DNA of 64,000 bases from a virus. Each line of letters begins with the position of its first letter. Position 1 is the stretch's first letter. The DNA lies in the IMG/VR virus record IMGVR_UViG_3300028178_000001, positions 28,108-92,107 of that record, one strand, 5' to 3'. Positions 37,112 to 47,771 of the stretch are shown here, piece by piece. The notes under the pieces were generated by a model. The model was not told the DNA's origin, did no database searches, and saw only the letters and a program-made list of their open reading frames with translations. The position numbers were made by a program, and so were the translations under genes.

Positions 37112-40100
37112 TGAAATTATTTGGCAGAACAATAGTAAAAAGTAAAGTAATTGTTGAAAATCTTGATGATAAGTTGAAGGCTGAAAAGACTTTCAAACTT
37201 CAGGATAGAATTTATTTTAAAGGTCTTGATATTGCAGTTGAGAATAAAAAGGGAAGCATACGGCGCGGTGTAAATGATGATGGTACAAAATGGGAAACGT
37301 TTATGCACATTCCTTACGGCTATATTAGGCGAACGGAGAGTGTTTCGGACGGTGAGAAGATCGATTGTTACATTGGAGAAAATAAGGATAGTGAAAAAGT
37401 TTTTATTGTAAATCAGAATAACCCTTACACGGGAAAGTTTGACGAACAAAAGTGCATGTTGGGATTTGACACGGCAGAAGAAGCGAAGAAGGCATATTTG
37501 AAACAGTATGACAATCCTAAGTTTTTCGGGAGTATAAAAGAAATGAGCTTTGATGAATTCAAGAAAAAAGCACTTTCAACGGAAGATAAGCCGAAACTAT
37601 TAAAAGCGTTCGGGCTAATGTTGAAAGCGTTCGGTACGCAACTTGGAATGTTTGATGGAGTTATCGAAGGGCAAACGAAGCAGAAAGACGGGCATACTTA
37701 TGAAGTGAGGCGGAGTAAAAAGAATCCGCTAGTAAAGAGATTATTTAGGGCCGATAAGGAAGAGAGCAAACCAAAGGAATTGAGTTTATTTGATCAGAAG
37801 GTGAGGGTAGGCAGCAGGCAATCGGCAGTAGGAAGAAAGTTGCAAGTAGAAAGTGGAAAGTCGAAAGAGGATTTGCTTTGGGAAGAGTTGGAGAGTATAA
37901 AGCAAGCTCGTATAGATAGACCAAGAAAGAATGATTGGGACCGACAAAAGAAAATGCTGAGGATACAAGATGAAATTATAAAATTGGGGAACGATAAAAA
38001 GGGAGGGGGGAACGATCATTTGGGGTTATCTAATTATAAAGATGATTTGACAATGGATAACACACCGATTGCGCCGGAAGTGCTTGCAGGCAATGTGTTA
38101 TCGGGATATTATGATAGAAAAGAACCGGACTATGAAGAGATAGAAGATCTTTTTAACCAGCCGCAAGAACCGAAAAAGGAAACACCCAAACCAAAAGAAC
38201 CGAAGGCAGAAATTAAAGCGGTGAAAGGGAAGAAGAACCGGAAGGAGATTAATTCTAAGGTTGAGGAGTTATTAAAGACAAAGAAGAATGAAGAGATGAG
38301 CGCCGAGGATATTGAACTATTAGCGCAGTACACCGGACGCGGCGGGTTGTTAGGAGATACGCTTGAGGATATCTCGCTTAATGAATTTTACACACGTAAG
38401 GATGAAGCGGAATTTATTTGGGATATGATAGGGAAGTTAGGTTTTAAGGGAGGAAATGTTTTGGAGCCAAGTTGTTTTATAAAAGGGACAAACATTATAA
38501 CAGAAAAAGGAATAAAAACAATTGAGAATATTGAAATTGGGGATATGGTTTTAACTCATAGGACCATATTTCAAAAAGTATATAATACAACTATCAAGAA
38601 AACAAAAGAAATTGTTGAAATTGAAATTCCAAATTCACCAACCACTATACAAACCACAAGAGAACATCCCTTTTATGCAGTTAAAGTTCCCAAGTGTTCA
38701 ATAAAACATAGACCTTGCCATGTTGGGCATTCATCAAACGACGAGAAATGCGAAAAACGATGGCAAGAGTATACACCACAATGGATACCGGTGGGCGAAT
38801 TAAACCAAGGGGATTATATAATTGACGTTTTTGATAAAACGGAAGAAAGAAAAGAGTTTATAGAATTAGAAATAAAAAATTTGCTTAATTCAAAAACTCC
38901 GGAACGGATTGCGATTACTGAAGAACTATTAAAAATCATAGGTTTATACATTTCGCAAGGGTGCTCTGATGGTAATTGCGTTATATTCACCATCCATGAA
39001 GATAGAAAGGAATTGCATGATTTAATTATAAATTATTTTAATGGACTTGGTATAAAAGCAACATTAAAAATAAAAAAGAATAATAAATCAATTGAAATAA
39101 GAGTAAATAGTTCACCTCTTGCAAGATTGCTTTTGGAGAATATAGGGAGATTATCTTTTAATAAAAGCATACCAGGATGGTTAATGAAACTTTCGATTAA
39201 CCAACAGAAACATTTAATATGGGGATTAGCGAATGGGGATGGGCATATAGATAAGAAAAATTTTTTTAGTTATGATACAACAAGCAAGAATCTTGCTGAA
39301 CAAATAAAAAGAATTTTTTATAGACAGAGTATTGTCCCTTCTTATAGAACAACTAAAATTAAAAAGGGGAAAAAGTTTATTAATGGTAGAGAAGTTATTT
39401 CAAAACACGAAATGTACCATGTTATTGTTGCTGGTTTTTATTTTGAAAAGTTTTTAGAAATTATATATAACCAGAAAAATGAGAAAAGGGCAAAATCATC
39501 ATCAAGAACGGGTTTTGTAAGGGGTAATTATGCCTATATAAAATTACAAAAAATCAGGATAAAAGAGGTTGAAGAAACCGAGGTCTATAATTTTTCAGTT
39601 GAATCAGATGAAAGCTATTGCATACAAGGTGCTACTGTCCATAATTGTGGAACGGGGATTTTTGTTGAGACCGCACCGGAGAAAGCATTAGTAACCGGGA
39701 TTGAGATCGAGGAAACAAGCGGACGTATTGGGCAGATACTCCACGGCAATGAACATGATATCAGAATTCAGAGCTTTGAGCAGTTTATAAAAGACTATGA
39801 CAATATGGGGGCAGATTTAGAGGGGGGAGAATATGACGCGATAGTTGGGAATTGTCCGTTTGGTAAAAGGGGATTGAGCGCAATGGATGATAGGGAAAAG
39901 AGTGATATAAAATTCCATGAGCAATATTTTATTGATAGAGGTTTAGATATGTTGAAGCCGGGGGGAATAATGGCAATGATTGTTCCAACGAGTATTATGG
40001 ATAACCAACTTAATCAATGGCGGGGAGAGATAAATAAAAAAGGAGAATTTTTAGGAGCGATAAGAGTACCAACCGGAGCATTCAAACACACAGACGCGCA

Positions 40101-43100
40101 AGTAACAACAGACATAGTTTTCTTTAAGAAAAGACCGCCGGAAGTGATCGAGCATTTGAATAAACTTTCTAAGGAAGAACTTGGGGAAGCTTATGATGAT
40201 ATGGTGTTGGACGCTGATTTTGTTTCGGGAAATTTCTTTAAGAATAATTCTGAGTACGCATTAGGCACGGAAACAAGTGGAATGTTCGGGATGAAGATTT
40301 GGAAGGGGGATGTTACAAAGGCTGATCTTGAGAAAGTCGGTGAGTTATTAAATCATGAAGCAAGGGATTACAACAGTTTAGGTATTGATGTTGGCAAATA
40401 TGGTGAGTTGGAAAAAGAACTTGAACCGGGAGACGTAAAGATATTAAACGGAAGGACTTACATACTTAATAAAAACCATAGATGGGAAAGGTTGAAAGAT
40501 CAGGAAGTAGTATTACAAAACTTACCGGAAGATATTAAAAAACTTGGTATTAAGAGTTGGGATGAATGGAGAATTAAAAGTGAAGACACAGCTTATTTAT
40601 ATGGTTTGAATAAAGACCAACTAAAACTTTTCGGACAAACAAGGATAGTAAATGAGCTAGATGGATACAATGGTAAGAGTGATTTTCAGACGGAATATTT
40701 GACTAAGGGAGTTATTCTTGGTTTAGCTGTAAAGGATTTTAGGAAGGAATTGCAGGACGGAAGATTATCCGCTGAAGAGGCACAAATAGAAGCGGGGAAA
40801 CTGAAGATATTACTGAAGGATTTTATTGAAAAGTATGGACACCCAATTGATAATTTGAAGTTGAATAAATTTTTTAGGAACAGCGGAAATACGCCACTCT
40901 TGGATTTAGCAGGAAGCTATGATAAGAACGGGAACACAATCAAGATGTTTGATGATCCGCTGTCTTTTTATAAAGTTTATCAAACAAAAAGCGAGATTGG
41001 AACGGTGGATAGGAATGATATTGTTTCAGTGATTAGTTTTCTTTTTGCAAATAATTTTCCAACGGATTATCAAACCGTAAGAGGCGAATATGAAGGGGAT
41101 GGAGATATTGAAAGAGAACTTGCTTACAGCGATGAAATTTATTTTGATGAAGAAGGAAATTATAAACCAAAAGAGGAAGTTCTTTACGGTTATATTTACG
41201 AAAAAATAGACGCTTGGGAAAAGCAAAGAACCGAACTGAAGAAGGAAGCGAAAAACGATAAGTTAAGCGATAAAGAAAAAGAACTTAACACACAAAAGAT
41301 GCGGAAACTTGAAGATCAGATAATTGAGGCGAAAACGAGAGCAAATATTAGAGAGATTAAACAACTTCCGATAATGTTAAGCGATGCAGGGAGTATTTAC
41401 GATATAGGCATCTTAAACAAATATTTGGAAGAAAAGATAGGAGCGCATTTCTTAGGTGAATTACGCAAGGATGAAAAGAGCGGGTTTATTCTCCCGGTTG
41501 ATCAGAGTTCAGCAAATTTGTATTTAAGCTACGCTGATATTACCAAAGAAGGTAAATCAACAGAAGTAAAAAAAGATTTACGCAATTTGTTTAACAAAGA
41601 TGAGCACCCCTTGTTATTTATGATATTGAATAAGATGAACGGGTTGGGTTTACCGGCATTACGAACTGAGGGAGGTATAGCAAAGAAAGAACAAGTGTTA
41701 CAACTTGAAACCGATTTTAAGCAATATTTGTCAGATAGTGAGGAAGCTGATAAAATTGCGGATACTTATAATAGGTTGTTCAATTCGTACATACAAAAAA
41801 CGTATGATGAAACACCAATTGAGGGGATAAAGCATTTTGCCTATGATAGAGTAGTTGGAAAAGACGCAAGCGGAAAGGATATAACCGGAAGAGATAAGGC
41901 GGGCGGCCATACATGGGCAACGGTTCGCCGTATGTATGAACAGGGCAAAGGCATGATAGCGCACGGGGTAGGTTTGGGGAAGACGTTAGAAGCGTTGATC
42001 TTAGTTCTCTTAAGTAAAGAGACGGGCCGGGTAAGTAAACCGAGTATAGTAGCGCCGAAATCGGTATTGTTAAATTGGGTAGCAGAAATTGAGAAATGGA
42101 CGCAAGGGGTAAATTATTTATTGGTAGGGTATAGGAAGGATTCAACCGGTGCATGGATTGAAGAAACGAGGGAAGAAAAGGAACTAAAGTTACAACGGGC
42201 GGCGAACGAAGAATTTGATATGATTTTAATGAGCCGTGATTTGTTCGGGACAATTGATTTTTCGCCGGGGACGAAAAAGAATATGCTTAATGAATTGATG
42301 GATAAATATTACCCGGAAGGGAATAGGTTGTCAACGTTTTCTGATAAGAATAGTAAGCATGCGAAGAACGTTAAAAAGAAGAGAGATACTTTGTTAAGAA
42401 ATCTTTCTTCAATGATGAATATTCCGGGACCATTAGGAGGAATTTATCTTGACAATATAGGGATAGATCTGCTGGTGAGAGATGAAGCGCATGATACGAA
42501 AAATTTGTTAGTGCCAATGGAAAATGAGATTAGCGGTGTAAACAGCAGCACATCTCAAAGAGCGATGCACAATTTATTCGCAAGCAAGATCATTCGCGGG
42601 CAAAATAATGATATGGGTTATTTTGCATTAACGGCAACGCCAATAAGTAATTCACCGTTAGAAGTTTTTAACATGATGGTCCCGTTTGCAGAGAAGGAGC
42701 TTGAAAAGTTAAACGTACAGAACATGGATGATTTTATTGGAAGATTTGCCGATATTGATAATATCCCGACTACAAATGCAGATGGAAGAGTTTTTGTAAA
42801 GAATAAGTTTGCAGGTTGGAAGTCAGCTGAGGCATTAAGAAATACTTTCTTCCGTTTTGTTGATTATAAAACCAAGGACGATGTTGAAAGCGTAAAAGCA
42901 AATATCAAATTCCCCAAAGAGAAAGCCGGAAACGTACTGAGTGATTTAAATGAAGGGCAAAGGGAATTAGTAAAACATTGTAAACTACGGTTATGGGCAT
43001 TAAGCAGCCGAAAGTTTGATAAAGATTCAGGCGAGTTGGTATTTGATGCTGATAAATTGCAGGAAAAAGTTGCAAATGGTTTAATTTCGCAGAATGAAGC

Positions 43101-45072
43101 AAATGAAGTGCTAGATTATTATGAAAATGAATATCTGCCAACGTTTAATGCCTTAAATGGAAACCGGAATGAAGATGAGCCGCCGAATGATGATCACTTT
43201 TTTAAGGTGCAGCAAGATTTAATAAAGGCAACGAGTGATTTGCCGTGGTATAAAGATAAGCACAGCGAATATTCAAAAGAAGTGGACGATAGTTTTGTAT
43301 CGCAGCACAGTGATTTAAAGAAATTCGCACAGTTAAATGAGAATGCACTCTCGATTCATAACAGCGGAGGGAAACAAATTATTTTTGCGATCAATACAGC
43401 ATTACACGATAAGATAAAGAGGGATTTAGTAAAATCGGGGATCCCGGAAAATGAAATTGTAATTGTAAACGGGAAGACGGTTAGCAGCTCGAGTAAAAGA
43501 TTACAGATAAGTAAAGCTTACAACGATGGAAAGTATAAGGTTGTAATTGGTAATTATGCGACAATGGGAGAAGGATTAAACTTTAATTACATGACAAGCG
43601 ACATTCATCACTTGCAACCAGCTTGGAACCATTTACAAATTGAACAAGGGAACGGGAGAGGGATACGGCAAGGGAATCCGTTAGACAGTGTAAATACGCA
43701 TTACTATTTGACGAAGGGGAGTATTGACGGATTTATGAATACCAAGATTATGGATAAGGCGGGAATGGTTGATAAGTTCTTAAAAGGAGAAACAAGCCGT
43801 TGGGATGATGAAGTACAATTAGAGGCTGATGAAATGATGATTGAGTTAGCTGATAACCCGGAGCAGGCAAAAGCATTGTTAGCGTTTAGGAATAAAAAAT
43901 TACAGGACGCACTTGCAGAACAGCAACGACAATCGAACTATAAACAGTTGGACCGACTTTATGAAGTAAAAAGGAAAATGGCAGGGATTGAGGAGAAGAC
44001 TTCCAAGAAATTTCAGATGATGCAGCAGGAAGAAAGAAGTTTAACCGAGAAACTTATTGAAGCAGATTTTGAGCATAAAGGAAAACTTGATCTTAATAGA
44101 ACGCCGGTAATACTCCCAGGAATAAATAAAGTTGTCCCAATTGGAAGTATTTTGGGAGGGAGTGACGGCGAATTTTATGTGGTTGAGGATTATGCGCCAT
44201 CTACCCAAAGAGTAAAGATAAGAACTTACAAAGCGGGGACGCAAGGGGATATGGTCGCAACACGGGCAATAAGCGCAAAAGATCTTGATAAAGAGTTTCC
44301 TGCTTTGTATAAGGAAACTGATTTGGATTTAGGCGGGATGTTTAATAAAATTATTGAGGATAATGACGAAGTAGGATTAAATTTTGTTGCTAAGATTCCG
44401 AAGGAAATTTTACAGGCAAACAAGGTAAAGCTTCTTGAAAAACTTAAGGAAAGCGATGAAGTGTTATATCAAACTATGGATGGGAATTATAATGTAGCTG
44501 ATTATGAAGACGCAAAAATAGAAATGGCAACCGAGGGAGGAAAGATCATTTTCCCACAGGAGAAAGTAGAATTCTCTAAGATACTTAATGAGCTGATAAA
44601 ACAGAATAAACCGCGTCAGCAGTACGGGCAAGAATATTCCCGGTTCAGAAGGTTTAAAAATTTAGCCGTCTCAATTTATGGTGAGAATTATGAGAACGCG
44701 ATTAAAAAAGAAATTAAGCGGTTGAACGGAGAAGCAACGGAAACAAGTGTAGCAATACATACAACGGGAGCGCAGTATAAAAAAGAGTTAATGCATCTCT
44801 ACGATAAAGGCTATCTAAGTGATTGGAATTATAAACAAATAACGCAGGGGAAAGCATGGGATGAAATGTCAATGTTTAACAATGCTCTTAGGGCAGAGTT
44901 TCTAGATGTTTACAATATTAAGGACGACTATGGGGAGTATAGAATAAACCCGAGTTTGATAACACCGGAAATGCTTGATAGGGCAAGGGCAATTGATGAA
45001 ATTAAGAGTGATGACAACAAAGATTTATTAGAGGATATACTTACAAATAAAATGAGAGGAGTAGCGGCATAA
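37111..45072 (+). CDS. DarB-like large polyvalent protein: pyrophosphatase-like + N6-MTase (intein-containing) + SNF2 helicase
   Basis: ENKKGS.R.G..YGYI..T...DG..ID..FDE.K.MLGF; YTG.GG, EFYT, LEPS|CGTG, GNCPFG; AHGVGLGKT, DEAH, TATPISNS, EQGNGRGIRQGN. Confidence 0.88.
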   Translation: MKLFGRTIVKSKVIVENLDDKLKAEKTFKLQDRIYFKGLDIAVENKKGSIRRGVNDDGTKWETFMHIPYGYIRRTESVSDGEKIDCYIGENKDSEKVFIVNQNNPYTGKFDEQKCMLGFDTAEEAKKAYLKQYDNPKFFGSIKEMSFDEFKKKALSTEDKPKLLKAFGLMLKAFGTQLGMFDGVIEGQTKQKDGHTYEVRRSKKNPLVKRLFRADKEESKPKELSLFDQKVRVGSRQSAVGRKLQVESGKSKEDLLWEELESIKQARIDRPRKNDWDRQKKMLRIQDEIIKLGNDKKGGGNDHLGLSNYKDDLTMDNTPIAPEVLAGNVLSGYYDRKEPDYEEIEDLFNQPQEPKKETPKPKEPKAEIKAVKGKKNRKEINSKVEELLKTKKNEEMSAEDIELLAQYTGRGGLLGDTLEDISLNEFYTRKDEAEFIWDMIGKLGFKGGNVLEPSCFIKGTNIITEKGIKTIENIEIGDMVLTHRTIFQKVYNTTIKKTKEIVEIEIPNSPTTIQTTREHPFYAVKVPKCSIKHRPCHVGHSSNDEKCEKRWQEYTPQWIPVGELNQGDYIIDVFDKTEERKEFIELEIKNLLNSKTPERIAITEELLKIIGLYISQGCSDGNCVIFTIHEDRKELHDLIINYFNGLGIKATLKIKKNNKSIEIRVNSSPLARLLLENIGRLSFNKSIPGWLMKLSINQQKHLIWGLANGDGHIDKKNFFSYDTTSKNLAEQIKRIFYRQSIVPSYRTTKIKKGKKFINGREVISKHEMYHVIVAGFYFEKFLEIIYNQKNEKRAKSSSRTGFVRGNYAYIKLQKIRIKEVEETEVYNFSVESDESYCIQGATVHNCGTGIFVETAPEKALVTGIEIEETSGRIGQILHGNEHDIRIQSFEQFIKDYDNMGADLEGGEYDAIVGNCPFGKRGLSAMDDREKSDIKFHEQYFIDRGLDMLKPGGIMAMIVPTSIMDNQLNQWRGEINKKGEFLGAIRVPTGAFKHTDAQVTTDIVFFKKRPPEVIEHLNKLSKEELGEAYDDMVLDADFVSGNFFKNNSEYALGTETSGMFGMKIWKGDVTKADLEKVGELLNHEARDYNSLGIDVGKYGELEKELEPGDVKILNGRTYILNKNHRWERLKDQEVVLQNLPEDIKKLGIKSWDEWRIKSEDTAYLYGLNKDQLKLFGQTRIVNELDGYNGKSDFQTEYLTKGVILGLAVKDFRKELQDGRLSAEEAQIEAGKLKILLKDFIEKYGHPIDNLKLNKFFRNSGNTPLLDLAGSYDKNGNTIKMFDDPLSFYKVYQTKSEIGTVDRNDIVSVISFLFANNFPTDYQTVRGEYEGDGDIERELAYSDEIYFDEEGNYKPKEEVLYGYIYEKIDAWEKQRTELKKEAKNDKLSDKEKELNTQKMRKLEDQIIEAKTRANIREIKQLPIMLSDAGSIYDIGILNKYLEEKIGAHFLGELRKDEKSGFILPVDQSSANLYLSYADITKEGKSTEVKKDLRNLFNKDEHPLLFMILNKMNGLGLPALRTEGGIAKKEQVLQLETDFKQYLSDSEEADKIADTYNRLFNSYIQKTYDETPIEGIKHFAYDRVVGKDASGKDITGRDKAGGHTWATVRRMYEQGKGMIAHGVGLGKTLEALILVLLSKETGRVSKPSIVAPKSVLLNWVAEIEKWTQGVNYLLVGYRKDSTGAWIEETREEKELKLQRAANEEFDMILMSRDLFGTIDFSPGTKKNMLNELMDKYYPEGNRLSTFSDKNSKHAKNVKKKRDTLLRNLSSMMNIPGPLGGIYLDNIGIDLLVRDEAHDTKNLLVPMENEISGVNSSTSQRAMHNLFASKIIRGQNNDMGYFALTATPISNSPLEVFNMMVPFAEKELEKLNVQNMDDFIGRFADIDNIPTTNADGRVFVKNKFAGWKSAEALRNTFFRFVDYKTKDDVESVKANIKFPKEKAGNVLSDLNEGQRELVKHCKLRLWALSSRKFDKDSGELVFDADKLQEKVANGLISQNEANEVLDYYENEYLPTFNALNGNRNEDEPPNDDHFFKVQQDLIKATSDLPWYKDKHSEYSKEVDDSFVSQHSDLKKFAQLNENALSIHNSGGKQIIFAINTALHDKIKRDLVKSGIPENEIVIVNGKTVSSSSKRLQISKAYNDGKYKVVIGNYATMGEGLNFNYMTSDIHHLQPAWNHLQIEQGNGRGIRQGNPLDSVNTHYYLTKGSIDGFMNTKIMDKAGMVDKFLKGETSRWDDEVQLEADEMMIELADNPEQAKALLAFRNKKLQDALAEQQRQSNYKQLDRLYEVKRKMAGIEEKTSKKFQMMQQEERSLTEKLIEADFEHKGKLDLNRTPVILPGINKVVPIGSILGGSDGEFYVVEDYAPSTQRVKIRTYKAGTQGDMVATRAISAKDLDKEFPALYKETDLDLGGMFNKIIEDNDEVGLNFVAKIPKEILQANKVKLLEKLKESDEVLYQTMDGNYNVADYEDAKIEMATEGGKIIFPQEKVEFSKILNELIKQNKPRQQYGQEYSRFRRFKNLAVSIYGENYENAIKKEIKRLNGEATETSVAIHTTGAQYKKELMHLYDKGYLSDWNYKQITQGKAWDEMSMFNNALRAEFLDVYNIKDDYGEYRINPSLITPEMLDRARAIDEIKSDDNKDLLEDILTNKMRGVAA
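38473..39645 (+). mobile_element. intein with LAGLIDADG endonuclease (391 aa)
   Basis: Starts CFIKGT after LEPS; TT.EHPF block B; IIGLYISQG and LIWGLANGDG; ends VYNFSV..ATVHN followed by C; removal restores LEPSCGTG. Confidence 0.92.
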
Positions 45073-45452
45073 TGGGACTAAGAGAAAAAGTTGAGCAATT
45101 ACTTAGCACATGGATACAAACGGAAGACGGAACGGGAACGTTTAAGCTTACCGGACCATATTGGGAAGTGTTATACCCGATATTGGAAAAGCATGAGCCG
45201 GATCTGTTAAAGAAGTATGAGAACAAATTGCAGGAACGGTTTGAAAACTTCAATGAAGAAGTTAGAGCGAAAGTTTCCTCCGGGGATGAGGGACAAGACT
45301 ACATTAACGCCATCAACTATATGAACGAGCGAGAACGGCAGTACGCAAATAATAGCGATGTTCATTATGTTGATATTGATGGTGATGGTGATGATTATGC
45401 TTATATCCCGAATGAGAGCATTGACCAGAGTGAACATTTTGGGAGAGAGTAA
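45072..45452 (+). CDS. acidic hypothetical protein
   Basis: 126 aa, TAATG-coupled to the DarB-like gene. Confidence 0.65.
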   Translation: MGLREKVEQLLSTWIQTEDGTGTFKLTGPYWEVLYPILEKHEPDLLKKYENKLQERFENFNEEVRAKVSSGDEGQDYINAINYMNERERQYANNSDVHYVDIDGDGDDYAYIPNESIDQSEHFGRE

Positions 45453-45491
45453 AACCTCACCCCTTGCCCCTCTCCTTATGAAGGAGAGGGG
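45453..45491 (+). repeat. REP-like hairpin repeat (copies at 46256-46290 and 58283-58321)
   Basis: AACCTCACCCCTT.CCCCTCTCCTT-N3-AAGGAGAGGGG. Confidence 0.7.
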
Positions 45492-45559
45492 GATAGAATA
45501 TTAGAAGGAGCTTGTTCACGGGAAAAGACAAATCTAAAACGTAGGATAGGAATAGAACC

Positions 45560-46036
45560 ATGCAGATTTGTGATGTGGACGAGGAATTGTTAGAACAACT
45601 GATAAAAGAATTTACAGATGAGTTTGGTGAGGAAGTGCTGAAGGAGGTTTACCGATTTCACCGGAAGCTAGCGAATAGAATTAATGTTAAGAATTTCCCG
45701 GCGGCGGAGATTTATCACAGACTTTTGATAAAAAACTTACACGAAGATAAGTATGCAAAGATGAGTGTACGTGAAATTGCGGCAATCGAAAAGATAAGCG
45801 AAGGTACGGTTTATAATATCTTAAGAAAAGCTTGCCGGATAAAAAAGCCGATTTATCAATATTCGGTGAAAGGTAAATTATTAAAAAAGTGGGAGAGCGC
45901 CAATGCTGTTGAAAGGAGTTTGGGGCATTCAGCGGGTAATATTAGGGATGGATGCAGGACAGGGCGAATGATATATGGTTTTATTTGGAAATACAAGGAG
46001 TTGACAGGAAAAGAGCTTTTATCAATTAGGAATTAG
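45560..46036 (+). CDS. HTH + NUMOD1-like DNA-binding protein
   Basis: SVREIAAIEKISEGTVYNILR (HTH); KPIYQYS..G..LK.WES...V..I...C....YGFIWKY (NUMOD1). Confidence 0.7.
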   Translation: MQICDVDEELLEQLIKEFTDEFGEEVLKEVYRFHRKLANRINVKNFPAAEIYHRLLIKNLHEDKYAKMSVREIAAIEKISEGTVYNILRKACRIKKPIYQYSVKGKLLKKWESANAVERSLGHSAGNIRDGCRTGRMIYGFIWKYKELTGKELLSIRN

Positions 46037-46051
46037 GAATTAGGGATTAGG
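46024..46051 (+). repeat. AATTAGG heptamer array (4 units)
   Basis: Supplies the stop codon of 45560-46036. Confidence 0.85.
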
Positions 46052-46206
46052 AATTAAAAAAAATAGAAGGAGCAGTTCGTGGAATGTCCTATTTGTAAAG
46101 CGAAAAGACAAATTTAGTTTAAAAGTGTAAAGCTTTGGGGTTACATATTTTCCATACATAATAATTTACATATTCTACGTGCTTATTTGCGCGAGGGCAA
46201 AGAGTT

Positions 46207-46243
46207 AAACCTCCGGAGTTTTGAAATCTTCGGAGGTTTTTTT
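46207..46243 (+). terminator. intrinsic terminator
   Basis: AAACCTCCGGAG-loop-CTTCGGAGGTTT followed by T-run. Confidence 0.75.
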
Positions 46244-46325
46244 GTTTTTAAAGCGAACCCCACCTAGCCTCCCCTTTAAGAAAGGAGAGGAAATATAACA
46301 CATAAAAGAACTTACCTATTAACTT

Positions 46326-46369
46326 TCTTTAAATTTCAACCCTTCGGAGAGAAACGCATTCCTTAAATA
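46326..46369 (+). promoter_or_regulatory. putative late promoter upstream of head operon
   Basis: TCTTTAAA.TTCAACCCTTCGGAGAGAAA..CCTTAAATA, near-identical to 58339-58382. Confidence 0.65.
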
Positions 46370-46394
46370 TGCAATAAAAAAAGAGTAAATAATT

Positions 46395-47771
46395 TTGGAT
46401 AACAAGTTTGAATTTTTCGCACCGGCTTATTTGGCTAAAAGCGGAAGTAAAACCGAACCATATAAAGTTGGTGGGATTATTTCTACTGAAGAACGAGATA
46501 CAGATGGGGAAATAATGAAAAGTATTGACTGGGGTTATTTCACTTCCGGGTTTGGCAAAATAAAATATGAACATAAAGAAGTTTCCGAACCACACTGCAT
46601 AATGGGCTTCCCGACAGGATTGAAAAAGAGTGGTAAGAAATGGATTTTTGAAGGAGAGTTGGTTGCGTTCGATCCGGATTTACCCCACGAAAAATTGACA
46701 CAACCACAACAATTTGCAAAATCAACTGTAGCATTATTGCAAAATATGGAAGAGTTCAATAAACGACATCCGAACACAACGCAAAAAGCGGGGTGGAGTA
46801 TAGAAGGTGAATATCTTTCTAAGAGCAAAAGTGGGGATGTTGCGGCTCGGGCGGTAAATGTAGTGTTCACGACAAAACCCCGGAACAGAGGAACGTTTGC
46901 AGAATTAAGAAAGAGTTTGGAAGTAGGATACGGAATGGCACCGGGAGGACAAACCGGATTTGGAGCTACAAGAAAAGAATCAATTGATCATAACATTAAA
47001 CTAAATGGAGTTACAAAAATGGAAACGAAAAATGATGTTTACAAAAAATGTTTAGCCAAAGGCATGACCCCGGAACAGGCGAAGAAAGAGGCAGACGATT
47101 TTGAAACAAAGCAAAAAGGGGAGATGAACGAAAGTTTTGAAACCGCTGCAAAGTCATTAGGCACAGCGAAATTATCTCTTCAAAAATCGCTTGATACGGC
47201 GAAATCAATCTCCGATGTAGAGATTGATATTGATATCAAAGCTCAAGAAAAAAGTTTGCAGAAATCAATTGCGCTGATGAATAAAGGCGGGGAAGATGCG
47301 GACATTTCCGAGTATCTTGAAAAATCCTCTGAAGTTTCATTAACCGCGCTTAAAGCGATGGACGCGATTAATCAGAAAATTGATTTGCTTGCGAAATCGA
47401 TTGAGTTATTTGCCGAAGGACAACTTGGACAAATTGCCGGTAACGAGCACCTCGTTAAATCAATCGATGTTGCGAATAACCAAATAGAAGACCAGAGAAT
47501 GGGTCTAGTTGCTTTATACAACCAACTAAGAAAAAGCGGCGGCAATAGATTGTTGACGGACAATATCAAATTTGTTGAGAACAATAAGGACGTAGGAACA
47601 GGAGCAGAATTGAACAAAGCTCAAAAAATTAAAGTGCTTGAAAAATTGGTTGTAGAAAAATCAGTTGATGAAGTAGTTCTAGTTGATTTTTGCGCCGGTG
47701 GAACACAGGCAACTTTGCCGGAAAATGTTGAACAGCTGGTGAAATCAAAAGCTGTTGACATGTTTAAGTAA
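46395..47771 (+). CDS. prohead protease / scaffold
   Basis: GIISTE..D.DGE..G.IKYEH..GWSIEG..V.FT.KP.N; coiled-coil C-half rich in KS motifs; directly before MCP. Confidence 0.8.
   Translation: MDNKFEFFAPAYLAKSGSKTEPYKVGGIISTEERDTDGEIMKSIDWGYFTSGFGKIKYEHKEVSEPHCIMGFPTGLKKSGKKWIFEGELVAFDPDLPHEKLTQPQQFAKSTVALLQNMEEFNKRHPNTTQKAGWSIEGEYLSKSKSGDVAARAVNVVFTTKPRNRGTFAELRKSLEVGYGMAPGGQTGFGATRKESIDHNIKLNGVTKMETKNDVYKKCLAKGMTPEQAKKEADDFETKQKGEMNESFETAAKSLGTAKLSLQKSLDTAKSISDVEIDIDIKAQEKSLQKSIALMNKGGEDADISEYLEKSSEVSLTALKAMDAINQKIDLLAKSIELFAEGQLGQIAGNEHLVKSIDVANNQIEDQRMGLVALYNQLRKSGGNRLLTDNIKFVENNKDVGTGAELNKAQKIKVLEKLVVEKSVDEVVLVDFCAGGTQATLPENVEQLVKSKAVDMFK

Noticed and set aside
45502-46117. Bipartite direct repeat TAGAAGGAGC...GAAAAGACAAAT flanking the HTH-NUMOD1 gene
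   Set aside because: Short, unequal spacing and includes an SD sequence; not enough to call att sites or a target duplication
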